The notes under the pieces: model-generated
Database searches by the model: none
Seen by the model: only the letters and a program-made list of their open reading frames with translations
Told to the model about the DNA's origin: nothing
Shown here: piece after piece, positions 8,701-17,781 of the stretch
Layout: the number at the start of each line of letters is the position of its first letter
Numbering within the stretch: position 1 is the stretch's first letter
Program-made: the position numbers and the translations under genes
Source: Planctomycetota bacterium
GTDB taxonomy: Bacteria > Planctomycetota > SZUA-567 > H5-PLA8
Direction: 5' to 3'
NCBI GenBank assembly: GCA_038227875.1
Contig: JBBRPR010000001.1
Coordinates: forward strand, 1-64,000
Length of the DNA stretch: 64,000 nt

Positions 8701-10154
8701 TCTTTGCTGGCACGAAACAGTACACGGCGTCGGCCAAAGACCAGTTCGGCAACACGCTGGCGGTGCAGCCGACGTTTACGTGGACGGTCAGCGGTGGCGG
8801 CACGATCAACGCGACGGGCTTGTTTACGGCGGGAAGCGTCGCCGGCGGTCCGTTCGCCGTAACGGCCAGTTCCGGTGGAAAGAATGGGACGGCCTCGGTG
8901 ACGGTGGCGCTGGCGCAGACGCTGACGTCGATCACGGTGACCCCGACGCCGGTCATCGTGATTACGTCGACGACGAAGCAATTCACGGCGGTCGCCAACG
9001 ATCAGTTCGGCAACGCGATGGCCGTTCAGCCCACGTTCACGTGGACGGCAACGGGCGGCACGATCAACGCGGCGGGACTCTATTCCGCGGGCGCGACGGC
9101 TGGAACGTTCGGGGTGACGGCGACGAGCGGCGCGATCAGCGGCAGCGCGGTGGTGACCCTGCAGAACCCGCCGGTGCTGACGGCGATCATTGTCACGCCA
9201 TCGAGTTCCACGCTGGCGCCGGGCGCGACGCAGCAGTTCACGGCCGTGGCCAACGATCAGTACGGCGCGGCGATGGTGCCGCAGCCGGCGTTCACCTGGT
9301 CGACGACGTCGGGCACGATTTCCGCCAGCGGGTTGTTCACCACGCCGGCTCAAGGCAGTGCAGTGGTGACGGCCAGCGCCGGAGCCAAGAGCGGCACGGC
9401 GAGCGTACTGGTGGCGCAGTCGCCGACGATCGGCTCGCCGCCGACGATTCCCGGCACGGTGATCGTGGGAGTGCCGATCACGCTGACCACCGGCGCGACC
9501 GATCCATCCGGCGGCACGCTGACCTACACGTGGAATTTCGGCGACGGCGGCACGGGCAGCGGCAGCACGGTAACCTACACCTACAACGCCCCTGGCACGT
9601 ACACGTTGACGCTGACGGTCACGAGCAGCACGGGCGTGAGCACCACGATGACGATCCCGGTCGTCGTCACCGCGGCGAATGGCGGTGGCGGCGGCGCGCA
9701 GTCGCTGGTGCCGATGACGCTCTCGAAAATTCTGGGCAGCATGAGCTTCACGGCGCAGGGGAAAGATTCGACGTCGTTCTCCGGCGTGATCCCGACCTTG
9801 CCGGCGGGCTTCGTTCCGACGGGCGTGCCGCTGACGCTGAAAGTCGGCGCCGCGACCGTGCAGTTTACGCTCGATGCCAAGGGCCGCGCGAAGAATGCTC
9901 AGGGCTCGATTCAGCTGACGCTGAAGCAGAGCAAGCGCAGCAAGACGGCGAAGACGACCTCGTTCATCGGCGGCACCGCGCCGGTGAAGGGCAAGTTGCA
10001 GCACGGCACGTGGGCGGCGGCGTGGGGCTTCAACCCGCTGGCCGCCGCGCCGGCGACTCTGGCGCTGGAGATCGACATCAACGGCGTGAGCTACGGCGCG
10101 ACGGTCACGATCGCGGCGAAGGTGACGCCGAAGACGGGGAAGTTCAAGCACTGA
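5763..10154 (+). CDS. Large secreted protein: transglutaminase-like N-terminal region, six Ig-like (Big_2-like) repeats, PKD domain and basic C-terminal domain
   Basis: Signal peptide ending AFA-A; HGVCGTNH...HEVFCNGRW; repeated TVTPSSA..QTYTA...DQFGN....QPT.TW.VSGGGTIN; PKD YTWNFGDG. The start is GTG 5763 or ATG 5766/5769. Confidence 0.88.
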   Translation: MMMRTGCRVIVAGGMALAFLTVGSNAFAANAVGDPEIKTDHTYYQGELAYSTITRLIASALATPGRPTTGETNKDQVLKLWFWRLEHYYHTMSPQEYNLPGVAPYPPNDNPLMTDYDCLSQQFSFGHGVCGTNHAMLRPIFEQAGFHARRRGIVGDTTHEVFCNGRWVMVNTDSASIISMTNTTSSEFAGVDDIIGNVNLLLPNPLGIPQYPFGSQTSGSQGTHSQDWYGYYNGGFNLSTTAATHMYGEGYQARPVAYVLKKGETFTRFADRDGLPAYLGEAAGTYRWWGFVGAGGPFRDWSYVGQAQAPALQPPPTSRALANSRFGNGIFEWTPTISAGDLADGVLAKDANITYSGSSPHLATSSGSGTITLSFFSPYCIAGKPSDGTDPATSGSTGGAWIVPTAIGSVPCEISVNNGASWTTAGTLTGSSTLDFTDLVKGHHAYLMRLTVSNTTGLDAFTLKTCVEVATAVFPQLKASGSTVTYNAGSTGVVEQNPDYSSLAAANAFKVADSGNVTFNPLTSSNSWAYQTSAGPGPISLTYKVTAPPGTTLKKVDAAADCQLHVPPPAGSYTKFEVSTDNGATYTQFAINSPDSDDELSHSWAYGSGDVSAANVNQALVRITTYNGGYTCGFRYARLYGEYNAGTPGAMTITHKWDDSGGTGKSFVQNVSAGTTSTSYTVPTLTSPVSKSVAFAVAASPTAPVLTTVTVTPSSANVIAGGTQTYTATGYDQFGTVLASQPTFTWSVSGGGTINSAGLFTAGTTAGGPFTVTASSGGKSGTASVTVTATTTVGTITVSPSSANVVAQGTQTYTATAKDQFGNTMSPQPTITWTVSGGGTINSAGLFTAGTTAGGPFTVTATSGAKSGTASVTVTATTTLGSIVVSPSSANVVAQGTQTYTASAKDQFGNTMSPQPTMTWTVSGGGTINSAGLFTAGTTAGGPFTVTATSGAKSGTASVTVTATTTLGSIVVTPSSATVLFAGTKQYTASAKDQFGNTLAVQPTFTWTVSGGGTINATGLFTAGSVAGGPFAVTASSGGKNGTASVTVALAQTLTSITVTPTPVIVITSTTKQFTAVANDQFGNAMAVQPTFTWTATGGTINAAGLYSAGATAGTFGVTATSGAISGSAVVTLQNPPVLTAIIVTPSSSTLAPGATQQFTAVANDQYGAAMVPQPAFTWSTTSGTISASGLFTTPAQGSAVVTASAGAKSGTASVLVAQSPTIGSPPTIPGTVIVGVPITLTTGATDPSGGTLTYTWNFGDGGTGSGSTVTYTYNAPGTYTLTLTVTSSTGVSTTMTIPVVVTAANGGGGGAQSLVPMTLSKILGSMSFTAQGKDSTSFSGVIPTLPAGFVPTGVPLTLKVGAATVQFTLDAKGRAKNAQGSIQLTLKQSKRSKTAKTTSFIGGTAPVKGKLQHGTWAAAWGFNPLAAAPATLALEIDINGVSYGATVTIAAKVTPKTGKFKH
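7875..9420 (+). repeat. Intragenic tandem repeat, six units of 255-261 bp encoding Ig-like domains
   Basis: The equivalent motif (GATCAAC; GATTTCC in the last copy) recurs at 8021, 8282, 8543, 8804, 9062 and 9317, giving spacings of 261, 261, 261, 258 and 255. Unit boundaries are approximate. Confidence 0.9.
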
Positions 10155-10171
10155 GCCGCGCTTGCGCGCGG

Positions 10172-10205
10172 AGGGGTCAGGGGTCAGGGGCCAGGGGTCA
10201 GAGTC
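10172..10205 (+). repeat. Heptamer tandem repeat AGGGGTC x4 plus a partial copy (G-quadruplex motif)
   Basis: aggggtc aggggtc aggggcc aggggtc agagtc, starting 17 nt after the stop codon of the 1463-aa gene. Confidence 0.85.
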
Positions 10206-10378
10206 GTGTGTGCGCACGGCCGGGCGGAGTTGGTGTTGCCTTTGAGTTTAAGAAGGCAGTGGCAGTCCGCATGTCGCTGGCAGCGGGGATCGATTCGCAA
10301 ATTTAGAATTCTTGATAGTATTCAGTGGTGGCCCTGTCCCGGGCCTTCACGCTGACTACTGTTCAAGGAGTTCCGAAT

Positions 10379-10855
10379 ATGTTGCCGAAGAACATCATCT
10401 GCCTCTGGTTCGTGAAGGATGCGGAGGAGGCGGCGCGCTTTTATGCGGCCACCTTTCCAGACAGTAAAGTGAACGCGGTGCACAAGGCCCCCAGCGATTT
10501 CCCCGGCGGCAAAAAGGGCGATGTGCTGTCGGTGGGTTTCACCGTCGTGGGCATCCCCTGCCTGGGGATCAATGGCGGCGCGGTGTTTAAACACAGCGAG
10601 GCTTTTTCCTTTCAGATTGCGACCGACAACCAGGAAGAGACCGACCGTTACTGGAATGCGATCGTCGGCAACGGCGGCAGCGAGAGCCGGTGCGGTTGGT
10701 GCAAGGACCGCTGGGGCATCTCCTGGCAGATTACGCCGCGCGCGCTGACCGATGCGATGTCCGCTGGCGGCGCTGAGGCCCAACGCGCGTTTCAGGCGAT
10801 GATGACGATGACGAAGATTGACGTCGCCGCCATTGAAAAAGCGCGGCGAGGCTGA
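10379..10855 (+). CDS. VOC family protein (PhnB-like / 3-demethylubiquinone-9 3-methyltransferase family)
   Basis: ICLWF..DAEEAARFY, EAFSFQIATDNQEETDRYWNAI, CGWCKDRWGISWQITP. ATG 10379 follows RBS AAGGAG. Confidence 0.93.
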   Translation: MLPKNIICLWFVKDAEEAARFYAATFPDSKVNAVHKAPSDFPGGKKGDVLSVGFTVVGIPCLGINGGAVFKHSEAFSFQIATDNQEETDRYWNAIVGNGGSESRCGWCKDRWGISWQITPRALTDAMSAGGAEAQRAFQAMMTMTKIDVAAIEKARRG

Positions 10856-10936
10856 CGTTGTTCGAGTTGCTGATGGCTGTAGACTGATTCCTGTTTGTGA
10901 ATCGCAGTTTCATCGCGTCCACGCAGGGATTTTCGC

Positions 10937-12988
10937 ATGCTCATTCAATGGTTGCGCCGGTCGGTCCTGGTTCTCGTTGCGCTGAATTTCTCCGCGGCTG
11001 TGTTCGCGGGCGACGACGGGAAAACGACAGTCCCGGTCCCGGCTCCAGTTCCGGCAGTAGCGCCCGCTCCGTCGATTCCCTCCGGCGTACCCGATCCGAA
11101 GGAAGCGTCGACCAAGCCGGCACCGGAGTACATCGACCGCGAGTATAAGGTGGATGCGCAGCCGCCGGAGTTTTCGAAGAAGTACACGTTCAAGGCGAAG
11201 AAGCTGTTCAAGCACGCGGATTTTCTGGCCTCCGACGAATGCATGGGCCGCCTGGCCGGCAGCCCCGGCGAGGCGAAAGCGCGCGAGTACATCATCAAGA
11301 CGCTCGAGGATGCCGGGTACGATTACGTGCGGCATTTTCCGTTCGAGTTCATCGGCGACGTGAAGCTCGGCAGCGCCAACCGTGTCTCGGCGACCTTTGC
11401 AAAAGCGGACGCGAAGGACTGGTTCAAAAAACCGGCCGAAGACGACAAGCACGTCCTCACGGCCAGCTACAAGCTCGATGAAGACTTCCGGCCGATGCGC
11501 ATCAGCAAGGCCGGTGAGATCGCGGCCGCGCCGCTGGTCTTTGCCGGTTACGGCATCAGCGCGCCGGATAAGAATTACGACGACTACAAGGACCTCGACG
11601 TAAAAGGCAAGATCGTGCTGGTGATGCGGACTGAGCCGGAGACGGCGGAAGGCAAACGCATCGGCATCGCGGCGAACAACCCGCACGCGGCGTTGAGCGT
11701 GTATAGCGATCTGTTCTACAAGGCCGGCGTCGCGCGCGACAAGGGCGCGCTGGCGCTGGTCGTCGTCAACGGCACGCGCGGGATGAGCAACGCCGAACGC
11801 GCGCAGTTGGAGACGTTTGCGCACGGCAGCGGCAAGACCGACTGCGGCATTCCGCTGGTCCAGGTTTTTCCGGAAGTCGCCGACGACTGGCTGCGCGCCG
11901 CGGGCAAGGATATCGCCTCGCTGCAGAAGGAGATCGACACGGCCCTGGCGCCGCACAGCATCGCCATCGACGGGGTGTCTGTGGCGATGAACGTGGACAT
12001 CACGCGCGAACACGCGACGGACGAGAATCTCGCCGTGGTGCTGCCGGGCACGGACGCGGCCTTGCGCGACGAGATCGTGGTGATCGGCGCGCACTACGAT
12101 CACCTCGGCCTGGGCAACGAATTTTCGCTCGCGGGAAAAACCGGCATGGGCCAGATTCATCGCGGCGCGGACGATAACGCCTCGGGCGTGTCATCGGTGC
12201 TGGAACTGGCGGCGGCGCTGCACAAGAACCGCGACAACCTGAAGCGGACGGTCTGGATCATGTTCTTCGGCGCGGAAGAACTGGGCACACTGGGCTCGAA
12301 TGACTTCGTTAAAAATCCGCCGCCGGATCTGCAGATCAAAAACGTCGCGGCAATGCTGAACCTGGACATGGTCGGGCGCTGCCGGCAGAGCAAGGTGATG
12401 GTTTACGGCGTGGGCACGGGCGTGGGCTTTGACGCGGTGCTGAAGAGCGCGGGCGAAAATTCGGGTCTGGAACTCAAACCGACGTCGGATGGATTTGGCG
12501 GATCAGACCAGACGGCGTTCGTGAGCGCTGGGGTGCCGGTGATGTTTTTCTTCACCGGATCGCACGAGGACTACCACAAGCCCAGCGACACGGCCGACAA
12601 GCTCGCCGTCGACAAGCAGGCGAAGATCACCGCGCTGGTGCTCAACGTCGCCGCCAATCAGATCAACGCGCCGGAGCGGCCGAAATTCGTGAAGCTGGAA
12701 GCGCCCAAGATGAGCGGCGGCATGGGCGGCGTGGGTTTGGGCACGCTGCCGGATTACGCGTACGAAGGGAAGGGCCTGCGCATCAACGACGTCCGCGAAA
12801 AATCACCCGCCGATCGGGCGGGGCTGAAGGGCGGCGACATCATCGTCGAACTGGCCGGGCGGAAGATCGAAAATATTTACGACTACATGAACGCGCTGAA
12901 GCAGTGCCAGGCCGGCATTGAGACGAGCACCAAGGTGCTGCGCGGTGGCAAGGAGCTGGAGTTCAAGGTGACGCCGGAAAAGCGCTGA
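10937..12988 (+). CDS. Secreted M28 family aminopeptidase with PA and C-terminal PDZ domains
   Basis: Signal peptide; PA domain LVFAGYGI..DDY.DLDVKGKIV; zinc-ligand motifs GAHYDHLG, GADDNASG, GAEELG, NLDMVG, YHKPSD; PDZ SPADRAGLKGGDII. Confidence 0.95.
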   Translation: MLIQWLRRSVLVLVALNFSAAVFAGDDGKTTVPVPAPVPAVAPAPSIPSGVPDPKEASTKPAPEYIDREYKVDAQPPEFSKKYTFKAKKLFKHADFLASDECMGRLAGSPGEAKAREYIIKTLEDAGYDYVRHFPFEFIGDVKLGSANRVSATFAKADAKDWFKKPAEDDKHVLTASYKLDEDFRPMRISKAGEIAAAPLVFAGYGISAPDKNYDDYKDLDVKGKIVLVMRTEPETAEGKRIGIAANNPHAALSVYSDLFYKAGVARDKGALALVVVNGTRGMSNAERAQLETFAHGSGKTDCGIPLVQVFPEVADDWLRAAGKDIASLQKEIDTALAPHSIAIDGVSVAMNVDITREHATDENLAVVLPGTDAALRDEIVVIGAHYDHLGLGNEFSLAGKTGMGQIHRGADDNASGVSSVLELAAALHKNRDNLKRTVWIMFFGAEELGTLGSNDFVKNPPPDLQIKNVAAMLNLDMVGRCRQSKVMVYGVGTGVGFDAVLKSAGENSGLELKPTSDGFGGSDQTAFVSAGVPVMFFFTGSHEDYHKPSDTADKLAVDKQAKITALVLNVAANQINAPERPKFVKLEAPKMSGGMGGVGLGTLPDYAYEGKGLRINDVREKSPADRAGLKGGDIIVELAGRKIENIYDYMNALKQCQAGIETSTKVLRGGKELEFKVTPEKR

Positions 12989-13024
12989 GGTGAATGTCGA
13001 ATGGCGGCTACCTCCGTGCGGCGT

Positions 13025-14371
13025 TCACTTAGCAGGCGGAGTTGATTCGGGCTGCGGCGTCGGTTGCGGCTGACTGGGCGGCGGTGGTGGCGGGGCGGGC
13101 GGCGGTGCAAGCAGCGCCAACACCCGCGCGACGCTGGCGGTGCGGTAGAAGCGGCCGAGTTTCGCGTCGGTGCCGGCGGCGTCGAAGCCGCCGTCGGGCG
13201 ACTGGTGCGGCACGAGCATGTCGACCACGACTTTCGTCCACGCGCCCCACACCGGCAGGCTCGGGCCGTATACGTAGAAAATCAGCCACGAGCCGTTGTG
13301 GAGACTTGACGCGGAGAACCCGGCGCCCTTCTCGCCCCACGTGACGTGTTCATTGATCCCGGGAAAGACCGACTTCGTCGCTTCGCCGGGATCGTAATGT
13401 GTGCCGAGGACGAAGTCGGTGGCCTCGTCCACTTCCGGTCCCTGCACCACAAACGCGGCGTCGATGAGCAACCCGGCGACCGTGGCATCCCAACTGGTTT
13501 CGAGTTTGTCTGAAGAGAGCGCGAAGCGGCCGTCGGTTTTCGGTTCCGTGTGCAGCGCTTTCAGCGCGTTGCGGATGGAGCGTTCGAGCTTGCGCTGCGC
13601 GTCGTTTTCGAGCTTGGTTTCTTCCTCTTCGCTTTTTCCGGCCGGTTCATGAATGGGAATGCTGGCGGAGCGCGCCTGGCTGAACATCACCGTCGCCAGA
13701 GCGGTGAGATCGGCGCGCGCGGCCTTCGCGCCTTTGGTCGCGCCAAAGCCGCCGGGTTCTGCCTGGAGCGTCGTGACAGCGTAGCGGACGAGCTTCGTCG
13801 CGTTGTCGCGGACGGTCGAGCGCGAGGAGAGATCGCCGGCCTGCAGGAGCGTCAGCGCGGCGTAAAGCTGCGCGGCGACCGGTTCGCCGCTGGCCGCTTC
13901 GTCGGCGATGCCGCCGTCGGCTCGCACGCGCGCGTTGAGCCAGTCGAGGCCCTTCCTGGCGTGCGCGAGCGCTTCGGGATTGGATTTGCTGAACGAACAC
14001 GCGTCGAGCTGCGCGGCGGTGATCAGCGCGGTGAGCGTGATGTCGCCGTTGACGTTGGCGAACTCCGGAGCGGCGCCGGACTTCGCGGCGCTCCAGTGAC
14101 CGTCGCTTTCCTGCATCGCGCTTAAGAAAAGTATGGCCTTGTCGAAGACCTGCATCTCCGGGCTGCGGCCTTCAGGCGGCTTATACGCAGCGACGAGAGC
14201 GGGGATGGCGGGAGCCGCATCGGGCGGCGTTGATTTCTCGGTGGGTTTCGGATCGGCGTTCGGATTGAATACCACTTGGGGCGGCGGCGCGGGACGAGTG
14301 TGAATATAGATGTACGAGACGCCGGCTGAAAGAAAGAACGCGCCGACCATCAGGAAAATCGGTTTGGACAT
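13025..14371 (-). CDS. Membrane-anchored prenyltransferase/squalene-oxidase-repeat (alpha/alpha toroid) protein
   Basis: N-terminal TM helix and Pro-rich linker; QW-like repeats FLSAMQESDGHW, WLNARVRADGGI, TLQAEPGGF, HQSPDGGF; Pro-rich tail. Confidence 0.78.
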   Translation of the reverse strand: MSKPIFLMVGAFFLSAGVSYIYIHTRPAPPPQVVFNPNADPKPTEKSTPPDAAPAIPALVAAYKPPEGRSPEMQVFDKAILFLSAMQESDGHWSAAKSGAAPEFANVNGDITLTALITAAQLDACSFSKSNPEALAHARKGLDWLNARVRADGGIADEAASGEPVAAQLYAALTLLQAGDLSSRSTVRDNATKLVRYAVTTLQAEPGGFGATKGAKAARADLTALATVMFSQARSASIPIHEPAGKSEEEETKLENDAQRKLERSIRNALKALHTEPKTDGRFALSSDKLETSWDATVAGLLIDAAFVVQGPEVDEATDFVLGTHYDPGEATKSVFPGINEHVTWGEKGAGFSASSLHNGSWLIFYVYGPSLPVWGAWTKVVVDMLVPHQSPDGGFDAAGTDAKLGRFYRTASVARVLALLAPPPAPPPPPPSQPQPTPQPESTPPAK

Positions 14372-14410
14372 AATGCTCTTTCGGCGTCACAAAACAGGAT
14401 GAGCAGATGT

Positions 14411-14442
14411 GCGAAGTGGCGCTGAAAGCAGCGCCACTTCGC
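14411..14442. repeat. Perfect 14-bp-stem intergenic hairpin
   Basis: GCGAAGTGGCGCTG-aaag-CAGCGCCACTTCGC between two minus-strand genes. There is no adjacent U-tract, so it may be REP-like or an mRNA-stabilising hairpin. Confidence 0.75.
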
Positions 14443-14492
14443 TCACGTTAATCAATATATCATGCAGGCTCGACGCCTGCACCACAATGGCG

Positions 14493-15506
14493 TTACTTCG
14501 CCTGCTTCTTCTTGTCGAACTGGCCGTCGAAGGCGATGGCGCTGGGCTTGAAGTCGATGTTCTTCACATACGCGGCCGCTTCGCGCGCGCCGTGTTCGCG
14601 GTCCATCTTGCCGTCTTCCCATTCCACCGAGAGCGGGCCCTGGTAGCCGACGTCGTTGAGTGCGCGGATGATTTCCTCAAACTTGACCGAACCGCGGCCG
14701 AGGCTGCGGAAGTCCCAGGCGCGGCGCGGGTCGCCGAAGTTGATGTGGCCGCCGAAGACGCCGGCTTCGGTGGGCGTCGGCGAGAGGTACGCGTCCTTCA
14801 TGTGGACGTGGAAAATGCGGTCGCCGAATTTGCGGATGAACTTCACGTAGTCGACGTTCTGGTAGATGAGATGGCTGGGATCGTAGTTGAAGCCAAATTC
14901 CGCGCGACCGCCGAGGGCATCAACGGCGCGTTCGGCGCTGGCGATGTCGAAGGCGATTTCCGTCGGATGGACTTCGAGCGCAAACTTGACTTCCTGCTTC
15001 TTGAATTCTTCGAGAATCGGATTCCAGCGATTGGCGAAATCCTTGTAGCCGTTATCGATCATTTCCGCGGAGACCGGCGGGAAGCTGTAGAGCAGGTGCC
15101 AGATCGACGAGCCGGTGAAGCCGTTGACGACGTCGACGCCGATGTTCTTCGCGGCGCGGGCGGTCAGCTTCATTTCCTCGGCAGCGCGCTGGCGGACGCC
15201 TTCGGGCTTGCCGTCGCCCCAGATGCGTTCGGAGAGGATCAGCTTGTGGCGTTCATCGATCACGTCGCAGACTGCCTGGCCGGCGAGATGGTTGGAAATG
15301 GCGAAAAGTTTCAGGCCGTGCTTGGCGAGCAATTCCTTGCGCGACTTGGCGTAGGTCTTGTCTTCGGCGGCGCGGGCCACGTCGACGTGGTCGCCCCAGC
15401 AGGCCAGTTCCAGGCCGTCGTAGCCGAACGCCTTGGCCTTTTCGCAAATCTGTTCGAGCTTCAAATCCGCCCACTGCCCCGTAAACAACGTAACCGGTCG
15501 ACCCAT
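14493..15506 (-). CDS. Sugar phosphate isomerase/epimerase (xylose-isomerase-like TIM barrel, AP endonuclease 2 family)
   Basis: [61 protein letters not shown] 15506 follows RBS GGAGG. Confidence 0.93.
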   Translation of the reverse strand: MGRPVTLFTGQWADLKLEQICEKAKAFGYDGLELACWGDHVDVARAAEDKTYAKSRKELLAKHGLKLFAISNHLAGQAVCDVIDERHKLILSERIWGDGKPEGVRQRAAEEMKLTARAAKNIGVDVVNGFTGSSIWHLLYSFPPVSAEMIDNGYKDFANRWNPILEEFKKQEVKFALEVHPTEIAFDIASAERAVDALGGRAEFGFNYDPSHLIYQNVDYVKFIRKFGDRIFHVHMKDAYLSPTPTEAGVFGGHINFGDPRRAWDFRSLGRGSVKFEEIIRALNDVGYQGPLSVEWEDGKMDREHGAREAAAYVKNIDFKPSAIAFDGQFDKKKQAK

Positions 15507-15673
15507 TGTAAAAGTCCTCCCCACGAAAATTGCCACGGATTTCAGGATTGGAGCGGCCAGCGCGTCCGCGCGCCCGGCGTCCCCACGCCATAAGTGACGC
15601 GCAAAACGATACGCAGTTGAAAAGTTCCCGTCAACGTATTGCGCGCGATTGTGCCGTACCTGTTATGCGCCAA

Positions 15674-16438
15674 CTAAGCAGGATTATGGGTGGGACGCAG
15701 GATTATTTGGGAGAAATTCGTGATTGTGGGATGCATCACGGGGCTTTCCGGCGCGTTCCCGGGCCGTACCGATAGCCCCGTCGCCATCCCCGCCTCGCGG
15801 GCGGCGTGGAGTTCCGCCTGGATGTCACTGAGGAAGAGAATCTCCGCTGGCGGCAGTTGCATCGCTGCGGCGATGGCGCGGTAGCTCCCGGCGGATTTCT
15901 TCGGGCCGGTCGTCGTGTCGAAATGGCCGCGGAAATGGTGGAGCAGATCGCCGGCTTCCGTATGAGCGAAGAATAACTTCTGCGCCGCGATACTGCCCGA
16001 CGAATAGATGCGCACGTCGATGCCCGCCGCGTTCCAGGCCGCGATCGCCGGAGGGACATCCGGGTAAACGTGCGCGCGCAGTTCGCCGGAGCGGAAGCCG
16101 TGTTCCCAGATCTGCCCCTGCAGATCCTTCAAGCCGGTGGCTTTGACGTCGCCGTCCATCAGGCGCGCGACTTCCGCCTTGATCTTCGCGCGCGGATCGT
16201 GGCCGGCGGCGAAAGCGTCCAGCGATGCCGCACCCGCGTCCATTGCCATGCGTTCGCACGCTTGGACGACAGCGGCGTCCGTCCAATGCGCGGCGAGAAA
16301 GCCGTCGAGTTCACGGCGCACGAACGGAAACAGCACGTCGTGGACGTAGCGGACCGACGACGTCGTCCCTTCTATATCCAGCAGAATGCCGCGGCCGGAA
16401 AATGTCAGCGCAGCGGATTCTGAAATGCCGGAAGTCAT
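15674..16438 (-). CDS. mtnC: Enolase-phosphatase E1 (acireductone synthase), HAD superfamily
   Basis: LLDIEGTT, DVLFPF, D.KATGLKDLQGQIW..G, IYSSGSIAAQKLFF, FDTTTGPK, ILFLSD. Confidence 0.93.
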   Translation of the reverse strand: MTSGISESAALTFSGRGILLDIEGTTSSVRYVHDVLFPFVRRELDGFLAAHWTDAAVVQACERMAMDAGAASLDAFAAGHDPRAKIKAEVARLMDGDVKATGLKDLQGQIWEHGFRSGELRAHVYPDVPPAIAAWNAAGIDVRIYSSGSIAAQKLFFAHTEAGDLLHHFRGHFDTTTGPKKSAGSYRAIAAAMQLPPAEILFLSDIQAELHAAREAGMATGLSVRPGNAPESPVMHPTITNFSQIILRPTHNPA

Positions 16439-17643
16439 GGCTTCAACGCTACCAGACTGATCTGGATGATGTTGGGATTTTCCTGCGGCAGCTTCTCGAG
16501 GACCTCGGCCGGCGGCGCTTTATCGAGATGGATGCGTGCGATGGCGGCTTCCGCGCCTTCGAAGACGACGTTTTCCATTTCCTGAACGTTGATCTCCGCC
16601 GCGCGGATCGCGTTGAGTATGTGGGCGAGCACGCCGGGCCGGTCGCGGTGGCGCGCGACGAGCATGTGCGTCGCCGGCGTGTGCTGCGCGAGGTTGACGA
16701 CGTTGGGGACCTTCCCGGTTTCGGCGAAGGTCTGGATGATCCGCACGCTCTCCGCGGCGATCGCTTCCTGCGCCTGTTCAGTCGACGCGCCGATGTGGTG
16801 CGTGCCGTAGACGTTGGGCTCCTGCGCGATCTCGTCCTTGAATTCCGCGGTGCCGCCGGACGGTTCGTTGGCGAAAACATCGAGGCCAGCGCGCAGTTTC
16901 TTGGCGCGAATCGCGGCCAGCAGCGCCGGCTGATCGACCACTTCGCCGCGCGACGTGTTGATGAAGTACGCGCCATCGCGCATCGCCGCGAAGAAATTCG
17001 CGCCGAGGAAATTCTTCGTCTCCGGCGTCAACGCGACGTGGACGCTGACGACGCTGGCGGCGCGCGCCACATCCTCCGGGCTGGCCTTGAAGACGACGCC
17101 CAGTTCCTCCGCCTTCTCGGGCGTAAGACTGCGGCTCCATGCGACCACGGGCATGCCGAAGGCTTTTGCGCGTCCGATCATTTCGCTGCCGATCTGGCCG
17201 ACACCAATCAGTCCCAGCGTGCGCCCAAAGAGGCCCGGCGCTTTGGAGTACTCATCCTTTTTCCATTCACCTTTGCGCAGGCTGATCACGTTGTCGGCGA
17301 CGCGGCGGTCGAGCGCGAGGATCAGCGCAAACGCAAGCTCGGCGACGGCGATCGAATTTTTGCCGGGGCAGTTCGAGACGTAGATGCCGCGTTTCGATGC
17401 GGTGGCGACGTCGATGGTGTTGTATCCCGCGCCGGCGCGGACAACGAGCTTCAGGTCGCCAGCGTCGAGCATCGCGGCGTTGACTTTCGTGGAGCGCACG
17501 ACGAGGACATCGGGACGATGCGTCTTGATCGCTTCGACCAGCGCGGCGTCCTTGGTGCCGGGCAGATAGAGTACCTCGCAGCCGATCTGTTTCAGCTTCT
17601 CGCATCCACTCGTTTCGAACTTGTCGGCAATGAGCACGCGCAT
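16435..17643 (-). CDS. serA: D-3-phosphoglycerate dehydrogenase family protein with C-terminal ACT domain
   Basis: MRVLIADKF, RAGAGYNTIDV, NSIAVAEL, GLIGVGQIG, INTSRG, LDVFANEP, HIGASTEQAQ, ACT motif HRDRPGVLA. The start is placed at ATG 17643, not the ORF-track start. Substrate specificity is inferred. Confidence 0.85.
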   Translation of the reverse strand: MRVLIADKFETSGCEKLKQIGCEVLYLPGTKDAALVEAIKTHRPDVLVVRSTKVNAAMLDAGDLKLVVRAGAGYNTIDVATASKRGIYVSNCPGKNSIAVAELAFALILALDRRVADNVISLRKGEWKKDEYSKAPGLFGRTLGLIGVGQIGSEMIGRAKAFGMPVVAWSRSLTPEKAEELGVVFKASPEDVARAASVVSVHVALTPETKNFLGANFFAAMRDGAYFINTSRGEVVDQPALLAAIRAKKLRAGLDVFANEPSGGTAEFKDEIAQEPNVYGTHHIGASTEQAQEAIAAESVRIIQTFAETGKVPNVVNLAQHTPATHMLVARHRDRPGVLAHILNAIRAAEINVQEMENVVFEGAEAAIARIHLDKAPPAEVLEKLPQENPNIIQISLVALKP

Positions 17644-17781
17644 CGCGGGAGGTCTCCGTATTATGTACGACTTAAATTTAGCGCGAAACGCGGTGTGTTG
17701 CCAGTTCAATCGTGCCGGCCGGAAGCTGGGCGGTACAAACGGCGCTACCGTAGCGCAGTGATTTCGATACAGTGGCAAGTC

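Noticed and set aside
7730..10306. 858-aa alternative-frame ORF (and the antisense 8685-10217 ORF)
   Set aside because: Shadow of the Thr/Gly-rich repeat gene. The Arg/Asp/Gly/His composition follows from GC-rich codon bias and repeats.
14409..15593. 394-aa plus-strand ORF
   Set aside because: Antisense shadow of the well-supported epimerase.
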